From the NCBI RefSeq assembly GCF_006345805.1, contig NC_042998.1, positions 142,786,001 to 142,850,000 of the forward strand: DNA of 64,000 nucleotides. Reading direction: 5' to 3'. Positions 51,131-63,679 of this stretch are shown in pieces; position 1 is the stretch's first letter; every line of letters begins with the position of its first letter. The notes under the pieces were generated by a model. The model did no database searches. It saw only the letters and a list, made by a program, of their open reading frames with translations, and had not been told where the DNA came from. This DNA comes from Octopus sinensis (Eukaryota). The translations under genes and the position numbers were made by a program.

Positions 51131-51323
51131 GTAACAGTACAATTAAATGCACGAAAAATTAAGGCGGTAAGCACCCGCCAATATATACATACTGCATAAC
51201 TACAAAGACTGTAAACTACAACAAAACGTTTACAAAGAAAAGTAAAATTCCAAAAGAAAAAGAATTTCAGAAATTCAAAACTTCAACAATGTGAACATGT
51301 CTTCCTCTTACTATTCCCAAAGA

Positions 51324-51411
<88 letters not shown>

Positions 51412-52189
51412 TATATAATTGTTTTCTCTACCACTAATTACAAATAGAACAGGTTGAATTGCTTCTTCTCAAGGGCAAGGTCAACACTCCTAGTGGTCGC
51501 TTGTAGTAGTAAACACATTTGACCTCTGCTGACCCAAAGGGTGAGAAGATTCTTTTGTCTCTATGGCTGACCTCCCACCAACTGCCGAATCTGTTTATAG
51601 ACCCGTAGAATTTGATCTATTTACCAAGCTGCTACTTCCCACCCCCATTTCTTTCAACAACTACATATTTATGATTATCTCAAGTACAAGACAAAAGTTG
51701 AAAATAAGGACCATTTAACAAACTCTTTTAATGATAAATGGAAATAGTAATAATGATAATAACAGTGGTAGTGGTAGTGATGGTAATAATGATAAAAATA
51801 AAAATAATGATAATATGCTGCTAATACTACAAATACTACAACTACTACTATTATGATAGCACAGGAATCTGAGGCCCATACAATAATACCAGTGATATCA
51901 GTGATGATAATAATTATAATAATGGAAGGAGTGGGTGAAGTCTCCCCGAGTCTCTCCATGTCCTGATTAATGATACATCTAGTGATGGTGTCACAATAAA
52001 GACACTGGTAACTGCGCAACCTGATAATCGCTACCTCATATGAGTGACAATAAATAAACAAAATATTGTGAATAACGGTGGTAATGAAATTGAAGCCATT
52101 GATGGTGGCAGTGTTGCACCCGGCAGGCTCAGAGATTCTGGTCCGGCTCTAGCCTGTTGATATCCAGAAAGGGACCACTACACACGGCG

Positions 52190-52790
52190 TAGATAGAGCA
52201 AGCAAATTAATGCTGTGGTCATGGAGTGTTACTACCTGAGCAACCCGGTAGATGAAAATGGTGCTCAAATTAGGGGTTGCTGACAACGTATGTATGATCA
52301 TTGGAGGGAAAAGGGATTGTTTCAACTAACGGAACAGAGACTATGTGATCAAGCTAGAGCAATAAGAAAAAATCTTTGGTTCAGAGAAGCAGAGCTCGAA
52401 GTTATCAAAATCAGCAGAGATAACGATGAAAATATAGTTCTTACTAATAAAAGTAATTTCATAGCATAGGAAAGGCGCAGTGGTAGTTTACTTGATGAGA
52501 GACATATAGCGCCTCGTTGCAAAGAAAGCAAAGATAGTAAGATACGACCAAAGAATGAAGCGTTACCATCAGAATAGATTATTCAAAGTAGATCAGAAGA
52601 GATTCTATAAAGAAATAAATGGAGAGTGTACAGATGAAAAGTTGATACCAGATAACAATGAAAGTCAAAGGTTTTGGAGTGACATCTGGAGCAAAGACAA
52701 GGAGCACAAGAAGGATACCGAATAGTTGGAAGAACTGAAACAAACAGTAGTCTGTCCAAAACAGGCAGAACTAGTCATTTCAGTTAGGGA
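52190..52790 (+). mobile_element. R4/Dong-like LINE N-terminal region
   Basis: INAVVMECYYLSNPVDENG...MYDHWREKGLFQLTEQRLCDQARAIRKNLWFREAELEVIK. Confidence 0.8.
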
Positions 52791-53827
52791 AGTGAAGGAA
52801 ACCAGACGACATACCGCTAAGCACTTCGCCCGGCGTGCTAACGTTTCTGCCAGCACGCCGCCTTTAATTTCTTGAAGGATGCTGTGTCCTGACAGCTAAC
52901 AACTGATGAAGGTAGTTCATTGTATGCTTCGATAATTCTAATATAAACAAAATGCATGGATTGTTAATCTCACGCCGACCTAGATCAAGCAGATATTTGA
53001 TCAAAGATATTTTAGCTGTAACTAATCAGTCGTTTTAGAAGATCCATGACTTACATTATCAAATGTGTCCTTATTTTTTTAAGCCAATAGGGTATGATTT
53101 GAGGGAGCTTTGACTGCTATCGCTTGCAGAATCGAGGGGGAATTGTCTTGTGATACCAGCCACAAAAATCTTTGGAAATTTTCAATTCAATTGATCAGTA
53201 TATCATTATAGTCTAACATTAAAGCGACGATCTGGCAGAATCGTTAGCGCGTCGGACAAAATGTTTAGCAGCATTTATGTCGATTCATACGATCGACGTT
53301 GACTTTCATCCTTTCGGGAGGCAATAAAAAATGAATCAGCTGAACACTGGGGTCGATGTAATCGACCTAAACCTCTTCCTTAACACTGCCGGCCTTGTGC
53401 CAAAATTAGAAATTATTAGAGACAAATATTGCAGATGCGTCTATGTAGCCGCCTATTGGTGTGGTTGGAAACTGAGGATGCTGATGATGCTGATGCTGGT
53501 GATGATGATGACGACGATAGCATCTACTAATGTTCATTATTTTTGTTGCTAATTTTACCATTGCAGTCGTCGTCGTCGTCGATGTCGTTGTTGTTGTTGT
53601 TGTTGTTGTTGTTAAGTTTTGTTAAGTAGTTTGAAATCTTATTGTCGTTAAGGTTTGGAGTATTTGTTTAATGCTGTGAGAAAGGTAGCGCGTGAAATTG
53701 TTTAGAACATTCTGGCGCGTGCACACATACACACGACACATGCATGCATGCATGCATGCATACATACATACATACATACATCATACATACATACATACAT
53801 ACATACATACATACATACATACATACA

Positions 53828-54645
53828 CGCCTAGATTAAGTCCCTCCAGGAACTTAATGTAGGCCTTCGTGTTGATTCTGAAGCCGTGTGGGAAGATGAA
53901 TAGAAGCATAATGTTGCAATCACTAGTGATTACTCCAAACACCATGATGTTGACTGGATGTTTGATTTTTATCACTCACGGTACATGTTTTGGGGACACG
54001 GCTAGTCAACAGTTGTTCAGTGTGTTCACCATCTGATCCATGCAGAAATTTTTCTCATCTGAGAAAAACCAAAGCACGTTCGGTTGGAGGGGATGCTTGA
54101 GTTTGTTCAAAACCTTCGTAGTGCAGTCTTCCTTCTTGTCCTCGATGAGTTGGGATAAAAAGTGGCCTTTTCTTATCTTGTATGAGGAATACCGGATGTG
54201 TTCATGCACTACCTGCCTAATAAGAAACTCAGGCACTCCCATGACCCTGGTGGTGGACCTGATTGACATTAAGGGATCGTTGTCAATCATGGCCTGAATC
54301 TCACCAACTAATTCAGGGGTTCCTTTCTTATCCGAACAACCGGAGTGAGTTTTTCCGAGCTGCAGTACTGTCCTAATCACCATTAGACTCATCCAACTCT
54401 TTCCGAATCCTCTGAACTGTCCTCAGATTGACTCACAAATATTCTAAAATATTCGTATTGGAGCTTCCGACACGATTGCCAAGCATGTCGTTTCCAAATT
54501 TCAGGCAGAGTGAATTGCGTCATGGTGCTATTTTTCTCACAGACGGGGTCCAACTGACCCTACTATACTGTGTAGTCAACAAAATGAAAAACAAACAATG
54601 CGCATGTGCCAAATTAAAAATTTTAAATGGCGACATCACACCCTG
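53828..54645 (-). mobile_element. Tc1/mariner (maT-like) element, 3'-truncated
   Basis: WFFSDEKNFC and KHPVNIMVFGVITSD...FIFPHGFRINTKAYIK motifs; terminus TA|CAGGGTG at 54645. Confidence 0.88.
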
Positions 54646-54652
54646 TACATCC

Positions 54653-54690
<38 letters not shown>

Positions 54691-55289
54691 ATACACTTAT
54701 GCACATATACGTCTACATACATACATATATATATATATATTCTTATGAACATGTATACATACATGTACACACGCATATATATGTAAAATGTATGTATGGA
54801 TATTTGTTTGTACATTTGTATGTATGTATGTATGTATGTATGTATGTATATTTGTTTGTATGTATGTATATGCGTGTTTGTGTGTACGCATGTATATTAT
54901 GTTTCTTAATTTCGTCACTGCTGACACTAATCTCCTTCAATCCTATGAAAACTGGTTAATCTGTTGAATAATTAATCCTTCACTACTCCCAACAGATTTT
55001 TAGGATTAAATAAGTCTGTCAATTCTCCTAAGATAACGCTTAAATTCACAATAAATAAAAATGATAAAGAGAACCTATCCCATTTCCATATTAAAGGCAT
55101 ATATATATATGCGTGTATATATATATATACTCGCATATATATGTATGTACATCTATATATATATATATATATATATGCATATATAGATGTATATATATAG
55201 ATGTGTGTCTATATATATATATGTATGTATATATATTTACATATATATACATATATACATCTACATATGTATATATATGTGTGTATGTA

Positions 55290-55351
<62 letters not shown>

Positions 55352-55352
<1 letters not shown>

Positions 55353-55452
55353 TTACCATCACGTGACCGACCAGTCCATCAGATGTAGTTACACATCGCT
55401 GGTCACAATGCGTTCGCATTGTTTTAGCCTTCGAATGACGCCACCCCGCTGA
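55352..55452 (-). mobile_element. 3' fragment of SINE S2
   Basis: Reverse complement of 40885-40986. Confidence 0.85.
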
Positions 55453-55586
55453 GTACATGTGTATGAATGTTTATATATATACATATATACAAATATAGTT
55501 GAAATTTATAGAAAAACAAAAGTCGAAGACAGGTGTATGAACAACAAGCAGGTATATTAGTCTGACACTCGGGAAAGTAGAGGAGT

Positions 55587-55622
55587 CTTTTACGTTTCGC
55601 GCCTACGCTCTTCATCAGAAAG
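55587..55622 (-). ncRNA. Minimal hammerhead, family B, canonical core (within PLE end 55498-55686)
   Basis: CTTT-CTGATGA-A-GAGC GTAG GCGC-GAAA-CG-TA-AAAG; one stem II mismatch. Confidence 0.85.
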
Positions 55623-55685
55623 GAAAAAGAGAAAATAAACAGAGAGAAAAAAACTTGTCGACTTAGCGGTCGAGTATGGCGAGTG

Positions 55686-55719
<34 letters not shown>

Positions 55720-55723
<4 letters not shown>

Positions 55724-56089
55724 CAGAACGCCCCCCCCCCGTCCAATGGACGGTGCTGAGTTGTCAAACATTTAAATCAAATTTTTTCAAAACAACTTGT
55801 CCGACCGTCCCATTTGAGAAACACTGATTTAACCTAAATTTGAGACACCAGCAAAAGAAGAAATAAAGATAGAATTTTTGTCTGTTCGAAAGAAAAACGA
55901 TTTCCCACGGCTTTATCGATCGCATTCTCACCTGGAATCGATTTTTGTAATTTTTTCAAGACTTATACACGCCCTGATATCATCGGTATCTAAATATCAA
56001 ATTTGAGCGCAATCGGATGAAGGATGCCCGAGATCTTAGAAACCACACACAGACAGACACACACACACACACAGAACGAATTTTATATA

Positions 56090-56092
<3 letters not shown>
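55720..56092 (-). mobile_element. Non-autonomous Helitron
   Basis: 5' A|TC at 56093|56092-56091; 3' CTCA|T (CTAG variant) at 55723-55720 with CCGTCCA-A-TGGACGG hairpin; ACAG/AC repeat near the 5' end. Confidence 0.75.
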
Positions 56093-56136
<44 letters not shown>

Positions 56137-56253
56137 AGTAAATAATTTCTATAAAGGTTTTTAAAAAACCCACAATTATTTACTGGTAGAATTCGGTATG
56201 TAAATATAGCCGATTACCGGCAGGAACTTCTGTAAAGTTCAGTATATATATTG

Positions 56254-56879
56254 TATATAAGAAAAAGGGACAAGCAACAGGTTGCTTGACCGCATACCGA
56301 AAAAATAGAAATAGCAGTCAAGAATGCTTATTTCTATCAAAGTGAGACTCCGGGCACGACAAACCCTGTAATTCACATATGCAAAACGGAAGGAATAGAT
56401 AACGAAAACGAAGTCTGGTGGTTATCTGTGAACATCATGTTTCTGGATTATAAACATATTGAATATATATTTCATATATATTTTTGAGGGAAGATTTACG
56501 AATTCAAACGTCTATGTAGGTTTAGCTTTTGCTCACTTTCTTCAAATATTTTGATGTCGCATGGTCAGAAGGTTTGAGGTACGTAGCATTTGATAAATCT
56601 ATGATAAATCTATTTCAATGGAAAGCTGTGCTGAAGAAGGATGTGAAATATATATGCAATGTATATGAAATATATATGAAATATTCAATATGTTTATAAT
56701 CCAGAAACATGATGTTCACAGATAACCACCAGATTTCGTTATCTATTCCTTCCGTTTTGCATATGTGAATTACAGGGTTTGTCGTGCCCGGAGTCCCACT
56801 TTGATAGAAATAAGCATTCTTGACTGCTATTTCTATTTTTTCGGTATGCGGTCAAGCAACCTGTTGCTTGTCCCTTTTT

Positions 56880-56887
<8 letters not shown>
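56254..56887. mobile_element. Fold-back with about 220-bp near-identical arms and about 190-bp spacer
   Basis: 56254-56478 versus 56667-56887 are reverse complements with few differences; TA repeats at both ends. Confidence 0.93.
56626..56721 (+). ncRNA. Complete type I hammerhead straddling the spacer/right-arm junction
   Basis: CTGTG-CTGAAGA-A-GGAT...ATCC-A-GAAA-CATGATG-TT-CACAG: 5-bp stem I, intact core, GUU site. Confidence 0.85.
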
Positions 56888-56959
<72 letters not shown>

Positions 56960-56965
56960 TATATA

Positions 56966-57545
56966 GTGAGAATTTACAAAACAAAAAGAAAAACAAAAGA
57001 CGAAGACTGGTGTGTAAACAACAAACAGATGTATTAGTTTAACGCTCGGGAAATAAGAATGTATTTTACGTTTCGAGTCTACGCTCTTCGACAGAAAGGA
57101 ACACAGAAATAGACAGGGAGAGAAAATAAAATAAAAATGTTTAGTGGCTAGCGATCTACCATGCCGAATGCCGGACAGAGGGGTCACACAGGAGAGCTAG
57201 GAAGAAGGGGAGATAATAAAGTAGTGATGATCCCAAAACGAAGGTGCGCGTGCATGTGTATGTGAGAGCGTGTATGTGCGTGTTTTAGGGGGCTGGTGAC
57301 CCTGACGTGTGTGTGTGTGTGCATGTGTATATGTGTGGATGATGGTGTGGGTGCTGCGAAGTGGCCTGTGCTAGTGTGTGCGCTGGTGTGAGAGCTGGGA
57401 AGTGGTCAGTTCTAGTGTGTGCGGGGTGGTGTGATTTTGTGTGGTGTGGGGTGGTATGGTGGTGTGTGGTGTGATGTGTTGTGGTGGTGGAGTAGGATCA
57501 GCGAAACTTGAGAATATGCGGGCCTCAACGTAGCCAACGAACAGG

Positions 57546-57547
<2 letters not shown>
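56966..57547 (-). mobile_element. Family B PLE derivative: RT peptide fused to 3' UTR and HHR end
   Basis: NLFVGYVEARIFSSF (57547-57503) is the segment following RT motif B in PLEs; HHR at 57063-57098. Confidence 0.8.
57063..57098 (-). ncRNA. Minimal hammerhead, family B
   Basis: CTTT-CTGTCGA-A-GAGC GTAG ACTC-GAAA-CG-TA-AAAT. Confidence 0.7.
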
Positions 57548-57598
<51 letters not shown>

Positions 57599-57622
57599 GT
57601 ATGTATGTATACATGCATATAA

Positions 57623-58195
57623 GGGTACAGGACATAAAAAAAACGTTGAACACATTGAGAAACGAAAGCATTTCTCCTCTCCTCTTCACTGTTCCTTCTC
57701 CCTCACTCCTCCTCCTCGACTCTCTCGTCGCTGACACGTGACAAAAGAGAGTCTACCTTTCTACCCACAACCTTCGTAAAGACTAAACGTGCTTATACAG
57801 TCTCCTTCATAAGCTCGTCTTCCTAGGCGTTCATAATAATTCTTCTATCGTCTTGGTTTAACGGCCCACACCGTTTGTTTTTGCTGTTTTGTTTTAATTG
57901 TTATGTTTTTTACTGTTTTTACTTTTTTATTGTTTCTAATGTTTTATTCTCCGCAAAAATCCCAAATTTTATTTAATTTACTTTGCGGGAATGACTGTTT
58001 CAACGAAGTTGCGTCTTGTCCTTGCCTTCGAAACGTGGATTACTTGAAACAGGGACAACTGAAGAAGGGGAATATTCTATGTCCCGTTTCTCTGTTTGTT
58101 TTTTTTTTCGTTGTTCAAAAAAAGTTCGTTTCTAGGTTTTTGTTTCTATGTTTTCGTTTCTCATTGTGTTCAAGGTTTTTTTATGTCCAGTACTC
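57623..58195. repeat. 573-bp segment with about 45-bp terminal inverted tails between microsatellites
   Basis: 57623-57667 and 58152-58195 are imperfect reverse complements; same family as 30695-31170. Confidence 0.75.
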
Positions 58196-58306
58196 ATATA
58201 TACATGTATATATACATATATGTATGTATATATGCATATATTTATATGCTATTTATATTATATATGTATATATATATATATACATACATATATATATATA
58301 CATACA

Positions 58307-58342
<36 letters not shown>

Positions 58343-58460
58343 CAGGGTGCGATGGGCAGATTGTCGCCATTTTATATCTTTAATTTCGCGCATGCGCATT
58401 GTCTGTTTCTGATTTTGTCGAATACACAGTATAGTAGGGTCAGTTATTCACTGCACCCTG
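58343..58460. mobile_element. 118-bp MITE derived from the 53828-54645 mariner family
   Basis: TA|CAGGGTG...CACCCTG|TA; interior matches 54550-54645 on the minus strand (GTCGCCATTT...CATGCGCATTG...ACACAGTATAGTAGGGTCAGTT). Confidence 0.9.
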
Positions 58461-59534
58461 TATATGGCGTATGCTTGAACATGGTAATGTATATACACGT
58501 GTGTATACGCGTGCATTCATTCATATGTCTATATTCCTTCTTTCGAAGTTAAAGCCTCTGTTGCATAAGAAATGTCAAAACACCCAAACGCGTACGCACA
58601 CGCGTGTATGTATGTATGTATGTATGTATGTATGTATGTATATATGTATGTATATATGTATGTATGAATGTATGTAGGAATATATGCATGTATATGTGTA
58701 TGTGTTGTGTGCATGTGCGTGTGCGTGTGACTGTTCCAAACACAATTTTGCACGCTGGTCTTCCTGATAAAATTTCACAAATATTCCACACTTAAACGAC
58801 AATAAGATTTCAAACCAATGTTTAAACTGCATCATTTTGGCATTTGGTGTTTTGCTGCCTGTTGCTGATGATTTGCAATTTACGGTGAAATCACTGTCAT
58901 TCGCCAGTGCTGACAAAATTTCGTCAACCGATATAATCTGTGCTTCTTAATACCTAACGCCTGTACTATAGGATTTCTCAGGACGTTTACCGTACTCTAC
59001 CGTGTTCAAAACAACGCTTCCAACATATATACATGTATATTAAACACATTCTTTTTAAAGGGAACATGCAAAGTATTCTATTCCCTGCAACTTGATTTGA
59101 TATGTTTTTGCGCACTAAGTGAACACAGAGGAAATTTTCTTTGAGGTATGATCTCCCAGCGAATGCTTTTCATGCTGTAGTGTACGACAGCTTATATACC
59201 TCTTTAGTATGATGCTCGCTACTTCGTGACCTTATTATAATACTGTGTGTGTGTTGTATCCATATGGCACACTGCCGTCCCATTCATGGAAATGGGGATT
59301 ATGTGATCCCAGCCACTTACCGACCTTGGAGACTAGGTAACCGTCCTGATGAGTACTAAAGCTTCGAAGAAACAGATATACAATACTCTAGATGCTTTCA
59401 GGTATATACTAAAGATTTTTTTGGCAGTCCAACTACAGTCAAACAAGTACCCTACAGATTTCATCATTCATTTTCTTAGCTACTAGCTACTCAATACATA
59501 TCTATATAATTTAAAACAGTTTTATTCAGTTCTG

Positions 59535-59700
59535 TGCGACTTAAATTTTCGCGGGCCTCTGAAAGAAATACGTTTCTTTCATGCTTAGATGCAGACCTCT
59601 AACAAAACCCCGTTTCTTTCAGGTTTAGATTACTAAATCGGTAGTCTATAGCCTGAAAGAGATACGCTTCTTTTAGAGGCCCGCGAAAATTTAAGTCGCA
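59535..59700. repeat. 166-bp element with 47-bp inverted arms and nested palindromes
   Basis: TGCGACTTAAATTTTCGCGGGCCTCT... / ...AGAGGCCCGCGAAAATTTAAGTCGCA. Confidence 0.88.
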
Positions 59701-59820
59701 TGAAGCCAAATCAAACCGTTTTAAGTAATACATGTAGCTCCCACTAAATGTGTTGAGTGCCTTTTTCTTTTGTTTGTTCACTTACGCGTATACACACACA
59801 CACACACACACACACACAGA

Positions 59821-59855
<35 letters not shown>

Positions 59856-59891
59856 TCACATACATTTATATGTATGTATGTTTGTGTATGT

Positions 59892-59936
<45 letters not shown>

Positions 59937-60235
59937 TGCATATATATATAAATATGTGTGTGTGTTGGTCTCGCCCCCACAACGGTCTTCCGCATTCCAG
60001 GCTCCACTTGGAGCAACGCTTCATCTTCACTTTACAAACCATTACCCCACACGGACTCAACACAGCCCCCTCCTCTTAGTCTGCGCTCCACCTCTCCCCC
60101 GCTTTTTTTTTCGAACACCCCTACATACCCACTTCCAACACACCTATATACATACATACATACATATACACACAAACAAACACATACATACATACATACT
60201 TACCTACATACGTACACACACACGCGCATGCACAC

Positions 60236-60285
<50 letters not shown>

Positions 60286-60624
60286 ATGTATGTATACACA
60301 GAGGCACGCACACACACACATACATATACATGTGTAAACACGCGCGCGCGCGCACACACACTCAAATATTCACTCATCATACAAGATGTTCTGGGAGGCT
60401 CGTGTGTGGCCAATTTTAGTGAAGTTGACCCGTTTGCTTATCTATTTATTTGCTTCTATGTTGATCCATTTATATTTTTATTGAATGGAGCCGGGATAGT
60501 TCACAACAATTTCAGCAGATCTAATGTACTCCAATCTCTGTCCACACAGTAATATGATCAAATCTCAACAATAAAAAAAAAATGAGATTTTCGCACAAGC
60601 AATACAAATATTATTATAAGATTT

Positions 60625-61229
60625 AAAAGGCGGCGAGCTGGCAGAATCGTTAGCACGCCGGGCGAAATGCTTAGCGGTATTTCGTCTGCCGCTACGTTCT
60701 GAGTTCAAATTCCGCCGAGGTCGACTTTGCCTTTCATCCTTTCGGGGTCGATTAAATAAGTACCAGTTACGTAATGGGTCGATTTTCATCCTTTCGGGAT
60801 CGATTAAATAAGTACCAGTTACGCACTGGGGTCGATATAATAGACTTAATCCGTTTGTCCGTCCTTGTTTGTCCCCTCTGTGTTTAGCCCCTGTGGGTTG
60901 TAAAGAAATAGGTATTTCGTCTGCCGCTACGTTTTGAGTTCAAATTCCGCCGAGGTCGACTTTGCCTTTCATCCATTCGGGGTCGATTAAATAAGTACCA
61001 GTTATGCACTGGGGTCAATGTAATCGACTTAATTTGTTTGTCTGTCCTTGTTTGTCCCCTCTTGTGGGTTGTAAAGAAATAGTTGTTTCGTCTGAGTTCA
61101 AATTTCTCAGAGGTCGACTTTACCTTTCATCCTTTCAGGGTCGATAAATTAGGTACTAGTTGCGTACTGGGGTCGATCTAACCGACTGGCCCCCTTCCCC
61201 AAAATTTCGGGCTTTGTGTCAAGAGTAGG
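60625..61229 (+). mobile_element. Multimeric S1 SINE bounded by one 19-bp TSD
   Basis: AAATATTATTATAAGATTT 60606-60624 and AAATATTATTATAAAATTT 61230-61248; three body repeats plus a short internal duplication. Confidence 0.9.
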
Positions 61230-61474
61230 AAATATTATTATAAAATTTGAACCCGGTGACTATTTGTTTAATACTTTCTCTCAGACATTTTTTCTCGTGC
61301 AGTGACTCATATTTCATATCCTTTTTGTTCAACATATTTGCGATAACTCTGCGTTGTTTACTCATTAAATTCATTTATTCCACATATTGACTTTCAGTAA
61401 CTTCTATTTTGTTTTTCCCCTCTGTAGAGTCATTATACAAATTATGCTGTTGACATTGATTCAAGGTCATATGA

Positions 61475-61753
61475 CAAGCAATATCTTTGACTTTATCTTT
61501 TATGTCTGTCATTGGACTGAGACCACGTTGGACCACTACCCTAGGAGGTTTTAGCTGAACAAGTCTCCACCCTAGTTTAACATGCTTTTTTTAAAGTTTG
61601 GTGCTTATTCTATTGGTGTCTTTTGCCGAACGGATAAGTTGCGGGGACGTAAACACCAGTCGTCAAGTAGTGGTGGGGTGGAAAACACGCACACACACAC
61701 ACACACACACCACACACACACACACGCGCGCACACACGCACACACACACACAC

Positions 61754-61785
<32 letters not shown>

Positions 61786-61960
61786 CACACACACACACAC
61801 ACACACTAAGAGATTCCACACAGTTTCTGTCTGCCAAATTCATTCACAAGACATTGGTCGCCCCGGTGCTATAGTTGAAGACACTTGCACAAGATGTTGC
61901 ATAGTGGGACTGAACCCGAAATCACGTTGTTGTAAAGTAAGCTTCTTAACGATACAACAA
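61475..61960 (-). mobile_element. SINE family S4, diverged, expanded internal (CA)n
   Basis: Homologous to 27325-27742. Confidence 0.82.
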
Positions 61961-62714
61961 TGCTTGCGTTTATACTCAACATTTTACATTTATAATACGT
62001 TGATTTGTAATTTAGTCTTTCAGCTATGGCCGTTTTCATTGCAGCTTACGTAGTTTATGATTTAATATTCTAAATTTTATTATCTCGAAGCAATTTCTTT
62101 CACAACCATCGGAGCGCAAACTCTCCTCACAAGTTCGAGAGATGGTTGTGATATATAAAGTTTTGCATAGGAAACGGAAAGAAAAAATGAACACGCAATG
62201 CGCATGTGCACACTGAATTCATAAAACGGAAGAGAATAAAAACGCAAAGCGCATGTCAAACTAAAAGAGGAGAATAAAATAAATTATATGATGGTCTGCA
62301 TGGTACGTCTGACACCACTATCACGCAGCTTTGCTGCAATTTTCTTGTTTCTGATCGTTTTTTATTTGGTTCTTTCGTGTATATGAATGGATGTATGCAT
62401 GCATACATCTGCGTATGTATGTATGTATGTATGTATGTATGTATGTATGTATGTATGTATGTATGCATGCATGTATGTATGTATGTGTGCATGCATGTAT
62501 GTGTGTATGCTTCTTTCTTTTCATATCACCCAAATTCTTCTTACTTATATCTACAGATGAAAGGCGCTGACCTGGCAGAATCGCTTGCATGTCGAACAAA
62601 ATGCTCGACGGCATTTCTTCCAGCTCTTTACCTTCTGAATTCAAATGCCACCGAGGTCAACTCTACCTTTCATCCATTCGCGGTCGATAAAATAAAGTAC
62701 GAGTAAAGTACTGG

Positions 62715-63075
62715 TGAGCCACCTGAACTTCTTCGATACTAGGACGCTTCGCAGGATTGTGGGTTGCCGTTGGTTGGATATGAAATCCAACCAACAACTC
62801 AAATCAGAAACTAGGATGCGTCCTGTTACTTGTATAATTCGGGAGCGCCATGTTGCTCGATTTTCCGAGTTAGACCCTGCTTACCGTGTTCCCTTCACTG
62901 AGGATGTGGTTGGGTTGACGGCTTGTGTTGGTTGACCACATGTCATATGGTCACGGTAGGTGAGGTGTCTCACAGAGACAGTGACCAACTGGAACTCGAC
63001 GGGTCACTCGGGAGGACCCCGGAATATACCGACAAATGATGAATGTAGCCACGCGCTCTAATAGTGCATGCCCCC
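62715..63075 (+). mobile_element. RTE-clade LINE 3' fragment
   Basis: HLNFFDTRTLRRIVGCRWLDMKSNQQLKSETRMRPVTCIIRERH. Confidence 0.75.
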
Positions 63076-63679
63076 ATAGCTGACCTGGCCTAACCAAGTA
63101 CTGGGCCTTCGATGTAAACTTATTTCCTCCCTCAAAATTTCTGGTCTGGAACCCTGCAGCGGACCGACGTCCCGTTCAGAGGAATTGTGATCTCAGCACG
63201 GAAACTCCGTAACAGGCTTATGAGTCCTAGGGTTAAAGATAAATATCTATAGACGATACAAAAACGAACAAAGCAAAACAAAAAAAAGCTATATTGAATA
63301 CCTAACTTTTATTAGATTTGAACCTTTATCCAATGGTTTATAGTGAAGATTAACACATGACGGGATAATAAATCCTTTTCATTAATGCAATACAAATTAC
63401 TAAACCTTGACTGGATTTAAACAAAAGCGGGAAAAGGAAAATTAAACAATTCTAACTTGATGAGAAATAGCGTCACGTGAATAATACAAAAAATAATATT
63501 GTATTAAAGAAACTATATTGAAGAAACAGACGATAATAAAAGAGGAAAGAAAAGGAAAGGAAAGTAAAGAAATGATAAATAGGGAGGGAGAAAAAGGAAG
63601 AAAAAAATAAAGTATTTTTTAAAATCTAGAAAAAGAAAGCGGAGAAGGATGATAAAAAGGATGGGATGCAAGAAGAAGA

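Noticed and set aside
59335-59400. CTGATGAG...GAAAC hammerhead candidate
   Set aside because: No convincing stem I, II or III pairing.
59770-60552. Longest ORF in the track (260 aa) and the many IYIY/THTH/CVCV/YVCM ORFs
   Set aside because: Translations of (TA)n, (CA)n and (TACA)n microsatellites, which lack stop codons.
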